64,000 bases of DNA from an uncultured archaeon (GTDB lineage: Archaea; Thermoproteota; Nitrososphaeria_A; Caldarchaeales; Wolframiiraptoraceae), in assembly GCA_938083505.1 (NCBI GenBank), contig CALKCF010000006.1, forward strand, positions 64,001-128,000, given 5' to 3'. The translations under genes were made by a program, and so were the position numbers. The notes below the pieces were generated by a model. It was not told the DNA's origin and did no database searches. It saw only the letters and a list, made by a program, of their open reading frames with translations. Positions 1-10,900 of this stretch are shown here, piece after piece (the first letter of the stretch is position 1; every line of letters begins with the position of its first letter).

Positions 1-78
1 CTCATTGAGAAGCAAAAGGAAGTGTTGTTGGAAGGTGGTCTCCTTTCCTACATAAAGAAGAAGGCACGAACATCCTGA
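1..78 (+). CDS. 3' end of an aconitase / isopropylmalate dehydratase swivel-domain protein (partial)
   Basis: Frame 1 reads LIEKQKEVLLEGGLLSYIKKKARTS*; GGLLxY is the typical C-terminus of aconitase/LeuD proteins. Confidence 0.6.
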   Translation, partial: LIEKQKEVLLEGGLLSYIKKKARTS

Positions 79-193
79 ATGTCAGCTGACGTATGCATTT
101 TAGCTGTGCACCTTTGGTGGATGGAGGGCATAACTATATATCTTCCCGGTCGGAAAGAATCATGAATACACGCAAGTAAAACGGGTGGGTCTT

Positions 194-649
194 TTGCCAA
201 CGAGGTTAAGAAAAATAAGAAAACTAAGGGGTTCGAGGACGTGCGGCTGGGGGCAGATAGGGCAACATAGAAAGCATGGCTCTAAAGGAGGTAGAGGTAT
301 GGCGGGAAGCCATAAGCACAAGTGGACTTGGATTTTGAAGTATGCGCCCGACTATTTCGGCAAGCATGGTTTCTTTAGACCGAATATGAGGGTTTACAGG
401 ACAATTAACCTAAAACAACTCTGCGAAATTGCTGAGGCGATTGAAAAAAGCGAAAACGCACAGAAGATAGACAATATGCTGCTTGTAAACCTCAATTCCA
501 TGGGTATAGAAAAGGTCTTGGGCGGTGGCGATGTTTATAAGCCGCTATTGGTTGTCGCGGAGAGATGGACTGAGCAGGCAAGTAAAAAAATATCTGATGC
601 TGGGGGCAAAATTATAAAGCCTGACGAGCTAACCGCTTTAATAGGATAA
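194..649 (+). CDS. rpl15: 50S ribosomal protein uL15
   Basis: RKLRGSRTCGWG..GQHRKHGSKGGRGMAG motif; probable TTG start at 194 after GGTGG; precedes secY. Confidence 0.95.
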   Translation: MPTRLRKIRKLRGSRTCGWGQIGQHRKHGSKGGRGMAGSHKHKWTWILKYAPDYFGKHGFFRPNMRVYRTINLKQLCEIAEAIEKSENAQKIDNMLLVNLNSMGIEKVLGGGDVYKPLLVVAERWTEQASKKISDAGGKIIKPDELTALIG

Positions 650-656
650 AGCGGAC

Positions 657-2090
657 GTGGAACGGTTGTCGGCAGCAAGAGGGCTCATTGAAAGCATAAG
701 CCGGTTTATGCCAGAAGTAGCTAGACCAACGAGGAAAATTGGTCTAGCTGAAAAGCTCGTGTGGACGGCCTTGGCTATGCTCATATACCTCATCATGGGA
801 GAGGTGTACCTTTATGGTGTACCGAGGGGACAAGTTACTGAACAAATCTTTATACTCCATGTTGTTTTCGCTCAAAAAACTGGAACTTTGACTACGCTCG
901 GTATTGGACCAATAGTCACGGCTGGCATACTCCTCCAGTTGTTGGTCGGTGCGGAAATAATAAAATTGGATTTAAAGAAACCTGAGGATAGGGCACTTTT
1001 TACGTCCGCAAGCAAGATTCTATCACTTGTGGTTGCCGCAATTCAAGCGCTCGCATTCAGTGTGAGTGGTATGTTTGGTACAATAACGACGGTGCAAGCA
1101 GCTTTAATATTCATCCAGCTTATGATAGCTACATTCGTAATAATGATGCTTGATGAGTTGATACAAAGAGGTTGGGGGCTCGGTAGCGGCATAAGTTTGT
1201 TCATAGCTGTCGGTGTTGCACAAGATATAATGATTAAGTTGTTTTCGCCAATGATTGTATCCCCAGATGGGCTTTATCAGGGAGTCATACTTGCGACGTT
1301 CCAATCGCTCCTTTCTGGAGGGGGAATATCTCCAGTAATCATGCGCACTCACAACATGCCAGACCTTGTTGGTTTCATGACAACCATCATTCTAATTTTG
1401 GTGGTGATATATCTTAACGCGGTTGAGGTCGACATACCAATATCCTACGCCAAGTTCTCTGGATTCAGAGCAAAGTATCCAGTGAAGTTGCTTTACGTCT
1501 CAGTCATACCAGTAATCTTTGCTAGCATGATATTCGGCAACGTTTATTATCTAGCGTCAATTTTATGGAATACTTACAATCAAGATGGGAATAACGTCTT
1601 TTTGAATTTGTTAGGTACATTCAAGAAGACTGAAGGGGGACAAATAGTACCGACAGGTGGGTTAGCCTACTACGTGACATCACCTGGTTCTATAGAAGGT
1701 TTATTGAAAGACCCGATTAGGGGCATCGCATACGCTGGACTGCTCATCGCGCTTTGTCTACTATTTGCTAAGTTTTGGGTAAATATAGGCGGACTAAGTC
1801 CTTCGAAAGTGGCGGAGCAATTAGTCAGCGCAGGTATGCAAGTCCCTGGATTCAGGAGGGCGCCTGAAGTTATAGAAAAAATAATAGGGAAATACATTTC
1901 GACAGTCACGGTATTGGGAGCGATACTCGTTGGACTTATAGCAGGTGTCGCAGATTATACCAACACCTTCGGAACCGGTACTGGTCTCCTCTTGTTGATA
2001 GGAATTATGTACCAGTACTACCAACTCTTAGTTAGGGAGAGGCTTACAGAGATGTATCCAGCATTGGGTAAGATCCTCGGTGAGACCTGA
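657..2090 (+). CDS. secY: Preprotein translocase SecY/Sec61alpha
   Basis: Multi-TM; LGIGPIVTAGILLQLL, GWGLGSGISLFI, QVPGFRR motifs. Confidence 0.97.
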   Translation: MERLSAARGLIESISRFMPEVARPTRKIGLAEKLVWTALAMLIYLIMGEVYLYGVPRGQVTEQIFILHVVFAQKTGTLTTLGIGPIVTAGILLQLLVGAEIIKLDLKKPEDRALFTSASKILSLVVAAIQALAFSVSGMFGTITTVQAALIFIQLMIATFVIMMLDELIQRGWGLGSGISLFIAVGVAQDIMIKLFSPMIVSPDGLYQGVILATFQSLLSGGGISPVIMRTHNMPDLVGFMTTIILILVVIYLNAVEVDIPISYAKFSGFRAKYPVKLLYVSVIPVIFASMIFGNVYYLASILWNTYNQDGNNVFLNLLGTFKKTEGGQIVPTGGLAYYVTSPGSIEGLLKDPIRGIAYAGLLIALCLLFAKFWVNIGGLSPSKVAEQLVSAGMQVPGFRRAPEVIEKIIGKYISTVTVLGAILVGLIAGVADYTNTFGTGTGLLLLIGIMYQYYQLLVRERLTEMYPALGKILGET

Positions 2091-2602
2091 TGAATCCAAG
2101 TAGTTTTTCTATGCTACTTATAATAATCATAGCGATACTGACAGTATCAATAACAAATTTCATCAGAAAGTCCATAATTAAAAAACAAGATATGGAAAAG
2201 ATGATAGAGGCAAACTTATTTAGGCAAGAACTTATGAGGGCAAAGAGGCGAGGCGATCAGAAAACCATTCAGAAGCTAGAAAAGCGGATGGATTATATAA
2301 AGAAGATAGAGTTCGAGATCATGAAGAAGAATCTTGTGGTAATGATAATCAGCATGGCACTTTTTCTAGGTGTATATTGTATCATGTCCATGTCTTTCGG
2401 CGATATCGGAGTACCACTACCTGGCGACTTTTTTATACCTCTTATAACTCAAGAAGGTGCGTTAACTTTTTATGGATGGTACATCTTAGTGTTCTTTGCA
2501 ATAAGTTTGCCTCTCTCTAAGGCATTTGGTCTAGGTATGATGGGTGGTGGTCTTGCCGAGAAGAGCTCTCAGGACAAGAAGCAGGAAAAGAAAGCTAGTT
2601 AG
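2090..2602 (+). CDS. DUF106 / EMC3-TMCO1 (Oxa1 superfamily) membrane protein
   Basis: TM, coiled coil, two TMs with FYGWYIL; conserved position after secY. Confidence 0.8.
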   Translation: MNPSSFSMLLIIIIAILTVSITNFIRKSIIKKQDMEKMIEANLFRQELMRAKRRGDQKTIQKLEKRMDYIKKIEFEIMKKNLVVMIISMALFLGVYCIMSMSFGDIGVPLPGDFFIPLITQEGALTFYGWYILVFFAISLPLSKAFGLGMMGGGLAEKSSQDKKQEKKAS

Positions 2603-2843
2603 AAAACCGGGCGGTAAGCTCGTTATTCACTACTTTGCTGAAAGACCAGGAGTGCCACGTTGTGGTAAGTGCGGTAAACCGCTGCACGGTATCTGTGTCG
2701 AAAAACCTTCAAAGACCTCCAAAAGTGAGAGAACGGTATCGAGGATTTATGGAGGAAATATTTGCTTCTCTTGTCTAAAAGAAGCGCTAACGAACCATGC
2801 ATACGATCTTTGGACAGCATATGAAGCGCAAGTTGGACGGTGA
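2553..2843 (+). CDS. rpl34e: 50S ribosomal protein eL34
   Basis: RKPGGKLVIHY, CGKCGKPLHG, RIYGGNICFSC; TTG start after GGTGG. Confidence 0.93.
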   Translation: MPRRALRTRSRKRKLVRKPGGKLVIHYFAERPGVPRCGKCGKPLHGICVEKPSKTSKSERTVSRIYGGNICFSCLKEALTNHAYDLWTAYEAQVGR

Positions 2844-2895
2844 TACATCATTTAGAAAAAGCTTTTTACGTTAGGAGAAAATTTACAAGAACACC

Positions 2896-3009
2896 ATGTC
2901 GCTGGAGGCATTCTTTGATCAAGTGAGGCTAAACATTTATTGGCTGGTCTTGTTCGTGTTGTTTTTAGTGCTAACGTACATTGTGAAAACTCGTGGTGAG
3001 AAAGCCTGA
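2896..3009 (+). CDS. 37-aa single-pass membrane microprotein (below ORF-track cutoff)
   Basis: MSLEAFFDQVRLNIYWLVLFVLFLVLTYIVKTRGEKA*; hydrophobic core, basic tail; stop overlaps putative priS start (CTGA). Confidence 0.55.
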   Translation: MSLEAFFDQVRLNIYWLVLFVLFLVLTYIVKTRGEKA

Positions 3010-4244
3010 GCTTCCTAACAAGCGAAGATGCCGAATACGTCCATACATTTTTTAGCGAATATTACACAAAAAACGCAGAGAACGTATACATACCCAACAT
3101 GATTGAAAGAAGGGAATTTGGCTATTTCACCTTCGGGCAAAAGATCATGATAAGACACGTATCATTAAAGAGCCCGTCCGAACTGTTTGAGTTGATAAAA
3201 AAAGCAACACCTTTGCATATGTACTACTCGGCTGCCCACTACCGATACCCCCAAGCCCCAATGGAGGAAAAGGTGTGGTTGGGTGCAGAGCTTATATTTG
3301 ACATAGATGCTGACCACCTGAACCTTCCGTGCAAAGAAAGACATGACTTTTCGATATGTGAAGACTGCAGAAGTATGCTATCACCTACATCAGAGCGGTG
3401 CAGTACTTGTGGTAGCATAAAGGTTAGACGTACTGACTGGGTTTGTGAAAACTGTATAGAGGCAGCAAAAGGAGAAATTCATAAACTTTTGGAGTTCCTT
3501 GAGGTGGATTTCGGCATTTCATATTCGAAGATTTCGGTGAATTTTTCAGGAAATAGAGGTTTCCATACAGTAGTAAACGATGAGGGACTTTTTACACTCG
3601 ACCAGATGTCAAGAAAGGAGATCACTGATTACATTCTCGGAAGTGGGCTTGACTTTGCACTTTATGGGATACCAATTGATAGAAGACGTTACCCCTCAGC
3701 AAAGTTCGAATATACGGACGGTTCATGGAGAGGTAGGTTGGCAAGAGCCGCTTTTGAGGTCATTAAAGACCTCCATAAACCACGCATCGCTGATAGAATG
3801 GTAAAGCTGATTGGGAATAAGGAATACAATAAACTATTGCAGATAAAAGACTCGTTGCTAAAGTCGTGGCTGGACTCCCCTAAGTGGGATGCTCTAAAAC
3901 CCAGCGTCACAAAAGCGATTGCGACATTGGCGATAGAGGAAGCGAGGGGCATGATAGACAGCATTGTTACGACGGACATTCATCGGCTTATAAGACTTAC
4001 TAACACGCTGAACGGAAAGACCGGGTTTTTGGCAAAAAAGCTTGAACACGATACATTGGATCAATTCAATCCCTTTACGGATGCTGTCGTAATGCCTGAC
4101 GAGCCGTGTAGGGTGCACGTAATATACATGCCAAAAACCCGCATTCTTGACGAATGGTATGGACCTTATAAGAACGAGTATGTAAAAATACCAACCTACC
4201 TCGCTGTCTTACTACTCTGCAAAGGTATTGCGACCATCACATGA
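3006..4244 (+). CDS. priS: DNA primase small subunit (probable CTG start)
   Basis: REFGY, ELIFDIDAD, FSGNRGFH, DIHRLIRL motifs; Cys-rich insert; frame open upstream of 3099 to CTG 3006 with GGTGA SD at 2995. Confidence 0.93.
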   Translation: MSFLTSEDAEYVHTFFSEYYTKNAENVYIPNMIERREFGYFTFGQKIMIRHVSLKSPSELFELIKKATPLHMYYSAAHYRYPQAPMEEKVWLGAELIFDIDADHLNLPCKERHDFSICEDCRSMLSPTSERCSTCGSIKVRRTDWVCENCIEAAKGEIHKLLEFLEVDFGISYSKISVNFSGNRGFHTVVNDEGLFTLDQMSRKEITDYILGSGLDFALYGIPIDRRRYPSAKFEYTDGSWRGRLARAAFEVIKDLHKPRIADRMVKLIGNKEYNKLLQIKDSLLKSWLDSPKWDALKPSVTKAIATLAIEEARGMIDSIVTTDIHRLIRLTNTLNGKTGFLAKKLEHDTLDQFNPFTDAVVMPDEPCRVHVIYMPKTRILDEWYGPYKNEYVKIPTYLAVLLLCKGIATIT

Positions 4245-4287
4245 TAAGGTAACAGTTTAAGAGTTAGGATTTCATAACGTTGATGTG

Positions 4288-4854
4288 ATGTCGGAAGGGA
4301 CTGTAGAAGATTTTTACGAGGAGCTTATGAGTGTATGGCTTAAAGAGAGGATGCAGGAAAATCTTGCGCCTATGCCGCAAGATTTTGAGACCAAATTGTA
4401 CGCCTATGCATCTTCGGTGAGACAACAACTGAAAGTGTCCGACAAAAAGGCGGTATCAACATTAATCAAGTACGCAGAGTTAGATGTTGTTAAAAAATTA
4501 TTATATTCACTTTTTGAAATAAGGTTTAGAAAAATTATTCGTGCTATAATCAAAGGTGCCCAGCTTAATAACCTTCTAAAGGTGGAGAAGAGGTTCGTCG
4601 AGGAACTTTCTAAGTTAATTTACGAGTATAAAGGGCGGATAAATTCTATCGCATACGAGCTCAGGATTCCAAAACTTGTAGAAAGGCCAGCAAAGTATAA
4701 AGTTGTTTGCTTTATGCAGACATTTCCAAAGATTGTATGCGAAGACCTGAAGCACTATGGACCGTTTAGACAATACGATATTGCCGCTTTACCACTAGAA
4801 AGTGCCAAGCTGCTTGTAGCAAAACAAGCAGTAAGGCTTTTAGAGTTGACTTAG
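4288..4854 (+). CDS. GINS complex protein (Gins51 type)
   Basis: Helical A domain (FEIRFRKII) then B domain (YGPFRQYDIAALP..A..LV); adjacent to priS. Confidence 0.8.
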   Translation: MSEGTVEDFYEELMSVWLKERMQENLAPMPQDFETKLYAYASSVRQQLKVSDKKAVSTLIKYAELDVVKKLLYSLFEIRFRKIIRAIIKGAQLNNLLKVEKRFVEELSKLIYEYKGRINSIAYELRIPKLVERPAKYKVVCFMQTFPKIVCEDLKHYGPFRQYDIAALPLESAKLLVAKQAVRLLELT

Positions 4855-6032
4855 GAATGTGTCACCGTCCAAGTGAACAATTCGTCGCCATGATAGGATA
4901 GCAACATACAACCTATAATGAGCTTCTTAGGGACTGCATCGACCTTCGTATAAATTTTAACAACATTCCTTTTGCTATCTATATCGCTTAAAAGCCCTAT
5001 ACCCAAGCAACGCCCGTCAGCATCAAATAAGTATGACAGAATACCTATCTTATTTTTTAAAAGCGATTCTGTGTTTAACAGTTGCGTATTTGTAGTCTCC
5101 GTATTGTAAACATCTATCAGAGATTTTACATGTTGTAAAGGATTGACCGTTACGTTATATGCTTCCGTGGGTATCGTTGAAAGCTTAAGCCAAGAAAGCG
5201 GCATGGTCTTTATGGAACCATCCTTTAAGTATCTCCTGAATGAGCTTTCTCTAAGCCTTTTGCGTGCGCCATGGTCCCGCCTGTACACATACCCCGATTT
5301 GTCCACAACGGCGCATTCTATACCAACTTCCCTACAATAGCTCTCAACCTTTTCCTGCGATTTATCGAGGAATACTACAAGAGAGGGGTTAATAACGTTG
5401 AGAAGGTTAACCTTATGTTCCTCTGCGTCCTTGCCCTCTATCCAACCATCACAATCGATAACTGTATAACATTCTTCGTTAAATGTGTAATTGATGAGTT
5501 CGCCAGTTTTTTTGATGTGATATTCCTTCGCAAATGAAGGTGATGTGAAACCAATAGGTATCATAAAGTCCGCCTTAAGTTGGTAAATGTCTGGGACTTG
5601 TTTTGTTATTAAAACAGACCCCACAGTAGTGGGTGGACATATATTCGATTGACCTAAGTCTAAGTCTATCAAGCACACTTTTTTATACTCGCTCAATAAC
5701 GAGTTTGTGATGAAAGTAGTTAAGGATGTCTTCCCTGAATCTGTTCCCCCCATTATTATAATCTTCTTATGATTCTTAACAGTTTGAGATGCCAATGTTT
5801 TCCAATCCTCCGGTATGGTGTCTTGGTCCACTATCTCAACCGATGAGTCCTCTCCTAAGCTCAGCTCGACCTCCATACCTACATCTGTAAATATTGGTAG
5901 CGCTCTTGAGTCCCTTACGAAGAGTGGTTTTTTTTGGGTTAATGTATACCCGAAGACCCTTCCAGAGCCCGATAGTAGCTTCACAGATGCTGGACCTTTA
6001 ACAATCAGGGTCTTGCCGGCCCCTACGTTCAT
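4851..6032 (-). CDS. Clp1/Grc3/Nol9-family polynucleotide 5'-kinase
   Basis: GGTDSGKTS Walker A, DLDLGQSNICPPTTVG, IDCDGWI; ATG at 6032 after GGAGG. Confidence 0.85.
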   Translation of the reverse strand: MNVGAGKTLIVKGPASVKLLSGSGRVFGYTLTQKKPLFVRDSRALPIFTDVGMEVELSLGEDSSVEIVDQDTIPEDWKTLASQTVKNHKKIIIMGGTDSGKTSLTTFITNSLLSEYKKVCLIDLDLGQSNICPPTTVGSVLITKQVPDIYQLKADFMIPIGFTSPSFAKEYHIKKTGELINYTFNEECYTVIDCDGWIEGKDAEEHKVNLLNVINPSLVVFLDKSQEKVESYCREVGIECAVVDKSGYVYRRDHGARKRLRESSFRRYLKDGSIKTMPLSWLKLSTIPTEAYNVTVNPLQHVKSLIDVYNTETTNTQLLNTESLLKNKIGILSYLFDADGRCLGIGLLSDIDSKRNVVKIYTKVDAVPKKLIIGCMLLSYHGDELFTWTVTHS

Positions 6033-6039
6033 AAAGCCC

Positions 6040-6687
6040 TTACCTCCCACACAATATTAACTTTCCTCTAGTTTTAACGAAGAACATGAAGGCTGCGCTT
6101 TCATCAGATGGACGTGCAGAGATAAAAACGTTCCTTCGGTTAGAGCTATCTTCTGATACGAGTATCGTCTCAACTTGGCCGGCTCCCAGAAACCTTTCGT
6201 GAATGTCTTTTTCAAGAGCATAAGAAAGGTCACCCGCTCCCTTTCCGATTACTATATACTTTCTACAGGTTTTGTGTATATTAAAGAACTCGTCGATATC
6301 ATCAAAAAGGTAGCGTTTGTCAGAATATGTCGAAGTTCTGAGTAATATATCCTCAACAAAGAAGGCGCAACCAGTCCTTTTTTCGCCAGGATCTATAGAG
6401 ACCGTTACGAATTTTGGACAATCTTTCCCAAAAGTTATTTCGTACGCCCTATCTATGAGGTTTTTATACGAAGGGAAGTCTTCAACAAATAGAACAGGTA
6501 CGGGAAGTTTGGAATTGTCTTTTTTACTGGTTATAATCACCTTTGCGCTGAAGGGCAGCTCGGCAAGGCTACTAACAGATAAAACTTCTATACCCCTCCT
6601 CCGACCCTCAGATATTATATTATGAGCCGCTTTAAAGTCGGATAGAAAGAGACCGATAATTGCCCTATGTTTCCATCCCTTTTTCAA
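6040..6687 (-). CDS. Hypothetical protein with RNase H-like (YqgF/RuvC-type) C-terminal domain
   Basis: VSIDPGEKRTGCA, IVIGKG, LVSEDSSN, DESAA pattern; directly upstream of the Clp1 kinase. Confidence 0.6.
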   Translation of the reverse strand: MKKGWKHRAIIGLFLSDFKAAHNIISEGRRRGIEVLSVSSLAELPFSAKVIITSKKDNSKLPVPVLFVEDFPSYKNLIDRAYEITFGKDCPKFVTVSIDPGEKRTGCAFFVEDILLRTSTYSDKRYLFDDIDEFFNIHKTCRKYIVIGKGAGDLSYALEKDIHERFLGAGQVETILVSEDSSNRRNVFISARPSDESAAFMFFVKTRGKLILCGR

Positions 6688-6823
6688 TTCACAGAAACAT
6701 CTACTGACATGTATTTAGTCTTTGGTTAAAATTTAAACGTAAATTAACTCAAGTATCCTATTTCTACATCGATTGAAAATAAGGGTTTTATAGAAAAAAG
6801 TAGTGAAGCATTATAGATGGGCG

Positions 6824-7081
6824 TTGGGAAGGAAGAGGAGAAAGATAATACGGAAGACTGTTAGACCGCCACCCTCGATCTTCATCTGTCCATTATGCAA
6901 CCATGAAGCTGTATCTGTAGTACATGAAAAAGATTCAGACGTTGCTAGAGTAACCTGTGGATTCTGTAAAGTATCCAGAGAGGTGTCCTGGTATCCATCC
7001 TATACTCCAGTGGACGCTTATGCTGCATGGTATGATATCGTTACTAAAGAGGTTGGAAAGATTGAAACCGGGCAGAGTTGA
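6824..7081 (+). CDS. elf1: Transcription elongation factor Elf1
   Basis: (M)GRKRRK, FICPLCNH, CGFC, PVDAYAAWYD. Confidence 0.88.
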   Translation: MGRKRRKIIRKTVRPPPSIFICPLCNHEAVSVVHEKDSDVARVTCGFCKVSREVSWYPSYTPVDAYAAWYDIVTKEVGKIETGQS

Positions 7082-7847
7082 GCGTTACATACTCGATGAG
7101 ATAGAGAAAAATGGTTGCATTCATATGACGCTGCTCGACCCAGATAACTTTTATCCGGAAGAGATGGCAAAATGCGCAAGGATGTGCGAAGAGCAGGGCA
7201 CGGGTGCCATAATGATTGGTGGTTCCATACTTCAATCGCAAACAGCTCTGGACGAATGTGTTAAGATTGTGAAAGAAAATGTCGCAATACCCATAATACT
7301 TTTTCCCAATAACATCAACGCGATAAGCAGGCATGCTGATGCTATATGGTTTATGTCACTGTTAAATTCGACTGACTGGTATTACATCGTTGGTGCACAA
7401 ATGCAAGGATCGTTCATAATTAAGAGGTACGGTCTCGAGCCCCTACCAATGGGTTATTTAGTTTTCGGTTCGGATACAGCGGTCTCGGCTATAGGAAGGG
7501 TGCTTCCACTTCCACCTAATAAAGGGGAAGTTGCTGCCGGATATGCTCTAGCCGCTCAGTACCTTGGAATGAGGTTTATATACCTTGAGGCTGGCTCCGG
7601 CGCGCAAAACCCTATACCACCAGATACTGTAAGAGCTGTTAGGGATGCTGTTGAGATAACGATCGTAGTCGGTGGTGGAATTACCTCTTCCAAAGATTCT
7701 TATATGGTGAGTAAAGCGGGCGCTGACATAATAGTTACGGGAAATATCGTTGAAAGAAGCAAAAACGCTGAATTGTTATCGAGGATAATCAGAGCTGCAA
7801 AGGAAGGCGCGGCCTCAAGACAATGGCCAAAGAAGACGCTACTCTAA
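7062..7847 (+). CDS. Geranylgeranylglyceryl phosphate synthase
   Basis: HMTLLDPD, IMIGGS, FMSLLNS, YLEAGSGA, VGGGI; TTG start after GAGGT. Confidence 0.93.
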   Translation: MKPGRVERYILDEIEKNGCIHMTLLDPDNFYPEEMAKCARMCEEQGTGAIMIGGSILQSQTALDECVKIVKENVAIPIILFPNNINAISRHADAIWFMSLLNSTDWYYIVGAQMQGSFIIKRYGLEPLPMGYLVFGSDTAVSAIGRVLPLPPNKGEVAAGYALAAQYLGMRFIYLEAGSGAQNPIPPDTVRAVRDAVEITIVVGGGITSSKDSYMVSKAGADIIVTGNIVERSKNAELLSRIIRAAKEGAASRQWPKKTLL

Positions 7848-7918
7848 TACAGTGACTTAATGAAGACCAATACCTTTTGAAATAAATATAATTAGCCTTA
7901 ACTGGAGAAACTCTTGGT

Positions 7919-10900
7919 TTGTATGGGATACCACCTGAGTTCGCTGAATACTATGCCCGGATTGTGGAAAAGGTCAAAGAAGAACACAGGATAGCATCCG
8001 AAGCCAGGAAAAAGTTGGGCACAATTATTGACGAGGTCGAGACGATAATCGCTGAAGACATGGCTGAGAGGGTAGAGTTACTTGTTGGTCCTGAAGGTAT
8101 AGCTGAGAAGATAAGATCTTTAAAAAAGAAACTTTCAAGAGAACGTCTAGCATTTAAGCTTGCAGAGGATATCATATACACTTCGATAGGAAAGCTGAAA
8201 GAAGAGGTTGCTATTAAGCAGGCGCTCTGCACCGCGCTCGCAGTCATGACACCGCCATGCATAACTGCTGCGCCGAGTGAAGGTATTGCAGATGTGAAGA
8301 TTAAAAAGAATCCAGACGGGACAAATTATCTGGCAGTTTACTTTGCAGGTCCTATAAGGGCTGCTGGCGGAACTGAGCTAACAGCAACCGTCATATTGGC
8401 GGACTATATCAGAAGGTTGCTGAATTTGGACAGATATAAACCTACGGAGGAGGAGATCAAACGGTTCAAAGAAGAGCTTAGGACTTATGTACGTATGGTT
8501 AGCAGATTTCAGTATAACGTTCCGGATCACTTGATAGAAAAAGCATTAAGAAACATACCCGTGGAGGTTACGGGCGTTCCTACGGACAACATTTTGGCAC
8601 CATCTTATAGAAACCTACCTAGAGTTGAGACAAACTACTTAAGAGGTGGTGCCCTGAGGGTCATAAACGACGGTATAATCGGAAGGGCAAGAAAAGCGCT
8701 TAAGCTTGTCGAGATGCTCAGTTTATCCGGATGGGAATGGTTACGTGAGGTTGCTGAGGAGTTCAGCAGAATGCACTCTGCTAGCTCAGCCGAAGAGAGC
8801 TATCTAAACGAGGTCATAGGAGGTAGACCCGTGTTTTCCTTGCCAGATGCATTTGGCGGATTCAGGTTGAGATATGGCCGTTCTTATAACACAGGCATGG
8901 CAGCCGTCGGCGTACATCCTATGACCATGAAAGTACTTGAAGGTTACATAGCAACGGGCACACAGTTAAAGCTCGATTATCCCGGAAAGGGCGGTGTCGC
9001 GATGCCAGTAGACACCATTGAGCCGCCAAGGGTGCTACTAGACGACGGGTCTGTTGTAAAGGTTGATAACGACTTAACTTATGCCGAAATAAAGAACAAG
9101 ATTGTAAAGATTCTTTTCCTTGGCGATATTCTAATATCATTTGGGGATTGTGTAGAGAATAATGTTGAACTTAGACCAGTCGGTTATTGTGAAGAGTGGT
9201 GGGCACTGGATTTAAAAAAAGAAGTAACGAGAGCTGGTGAAATTGAAAAAGTCGCGAAAATGCTGAACATAGACTCCGAGCGTCTCAGATTCTTAGTAGA
9301 GAAACCCCTTCTCATCAAACCAACGGATAGGGAAGCTTTAAAGTTGAGCTTCAAACTAAAAGTTCCGCTTCATCCAACTTACTGTTGGTTTTGGGAAAAC
9401 ATCAGTGTGAATGAATTAAAGATGTTAAAAGACTGGTTAGAGAAATCTAGGACGCGATGCAAAATTTATAATGGAAAGGTTTGGCTACCGTTTGATGAAA
9501 CGATACACAACATCTTGATCAAAATGGTACTCGAGCATCGGATCGACGGAAAGTATGTGGTTCTCGACATATCGAGCTATAGGGTGCTTTTAGCACTTCT
9601 GGCACAACCGAGAAATGTGCTGAATTCCGTAAACGATACTCTGGAGGCAATATTTGTAATTTCAGGCATAACTCTAAGAAGAAAAGGCGAAACTTTCCTA
9701 GGCACGAGGATGGGCAGGCCGGAAAAGGCGGGAATGAGAGTAATGAAACCACCCGTGCACGTGCTATTCCCAGTAAGTCTTAAAGGAGGTGCGTCAAGAG
9801 ATTTAATGAATGTCGTTAAATCTGGAGAAAGAGTGCTCGTAGAATTAGCCCGACTTGAATGTCCAAAATGCGGCTCCATAAGTTGGAAATCCGTTTGTGA
9901 AAACTGCGGCGCAAAAAGAAGACCAGTAGGTATATGCACAAAATGCTCGTTAAAAAATTATAACATTGAGATTAAAAATTGTGAAAGATGCGATGGCAAG
10001 ATTTCTTATACAGATAAGTTTTCTCTGGACATTAGGACAGAATTTTTGCAAGAATGTAAACGTTTATTCACTGAAATGCCTGAAAAGATTAAAGGGGTTC
10101 GTGCACTCACAAGCAGAATCAAAATTCCGGAGGATATTGCGAAAGGAATTCTTAGGAGCAAATACGGCCTGTCTGTTTACAAAGATGGGACCGTCAGGTT
10201 TGACGTGACGAACGCACCACTTACACATTTTACACCATGTCAAATCTCAACAGATGTTAGCGTTCTAAGAAGTTTAGGCTATACCCATGATGTTGAGGGT
10301 AAGCCATTAACGAGCATGGACCAGATATGTGAGCTGAAACCCCAAGATTTAATAATACCTAGAAAAGCTGCTGAGCACCTCATTAAGGTCTCTAAGTTCG
10401 TAGATGAGGTTTTGGAAAAGCTCGCTGGTATGCAACCTTACTATATGTGTAATAAACCTGAGGACTTGATCGGTAAGCTAGTTGCATCGCTTTCCCCACA
10501 TACTTATGTAGCAACTGTAGGGAGGATTATCGGTTTCATTGACGCTGACGTATGTTTTGCGCACCCCCTCTTTCATGCATCGAAAAGGCGTGATTGTGAT
10601 GGTGATGAGGATAGCCTAATGCTTTTGCTTGATGTTTTTATAAACTTCTCTAGGATGTACTTGCCTGACAGAATTGGTGGAAAGATGGATGCCCCCTTAC
10701 TAATAACACCAATAGTCTATCCAGATGAGGTTGATGAACAGGCTCATAATTTGGATATCGCCTACGCATATCCGTTAGTGTTGTATGAGGCAGCAGAAAA
10801 GATGGAACCATCTGCCAAATTATCAAACGTTATCGCAACAATAAAATTGAGACTTGGATCTGCTGAACAGTACGGTGGATTTGGGGTTACGCATATAACA

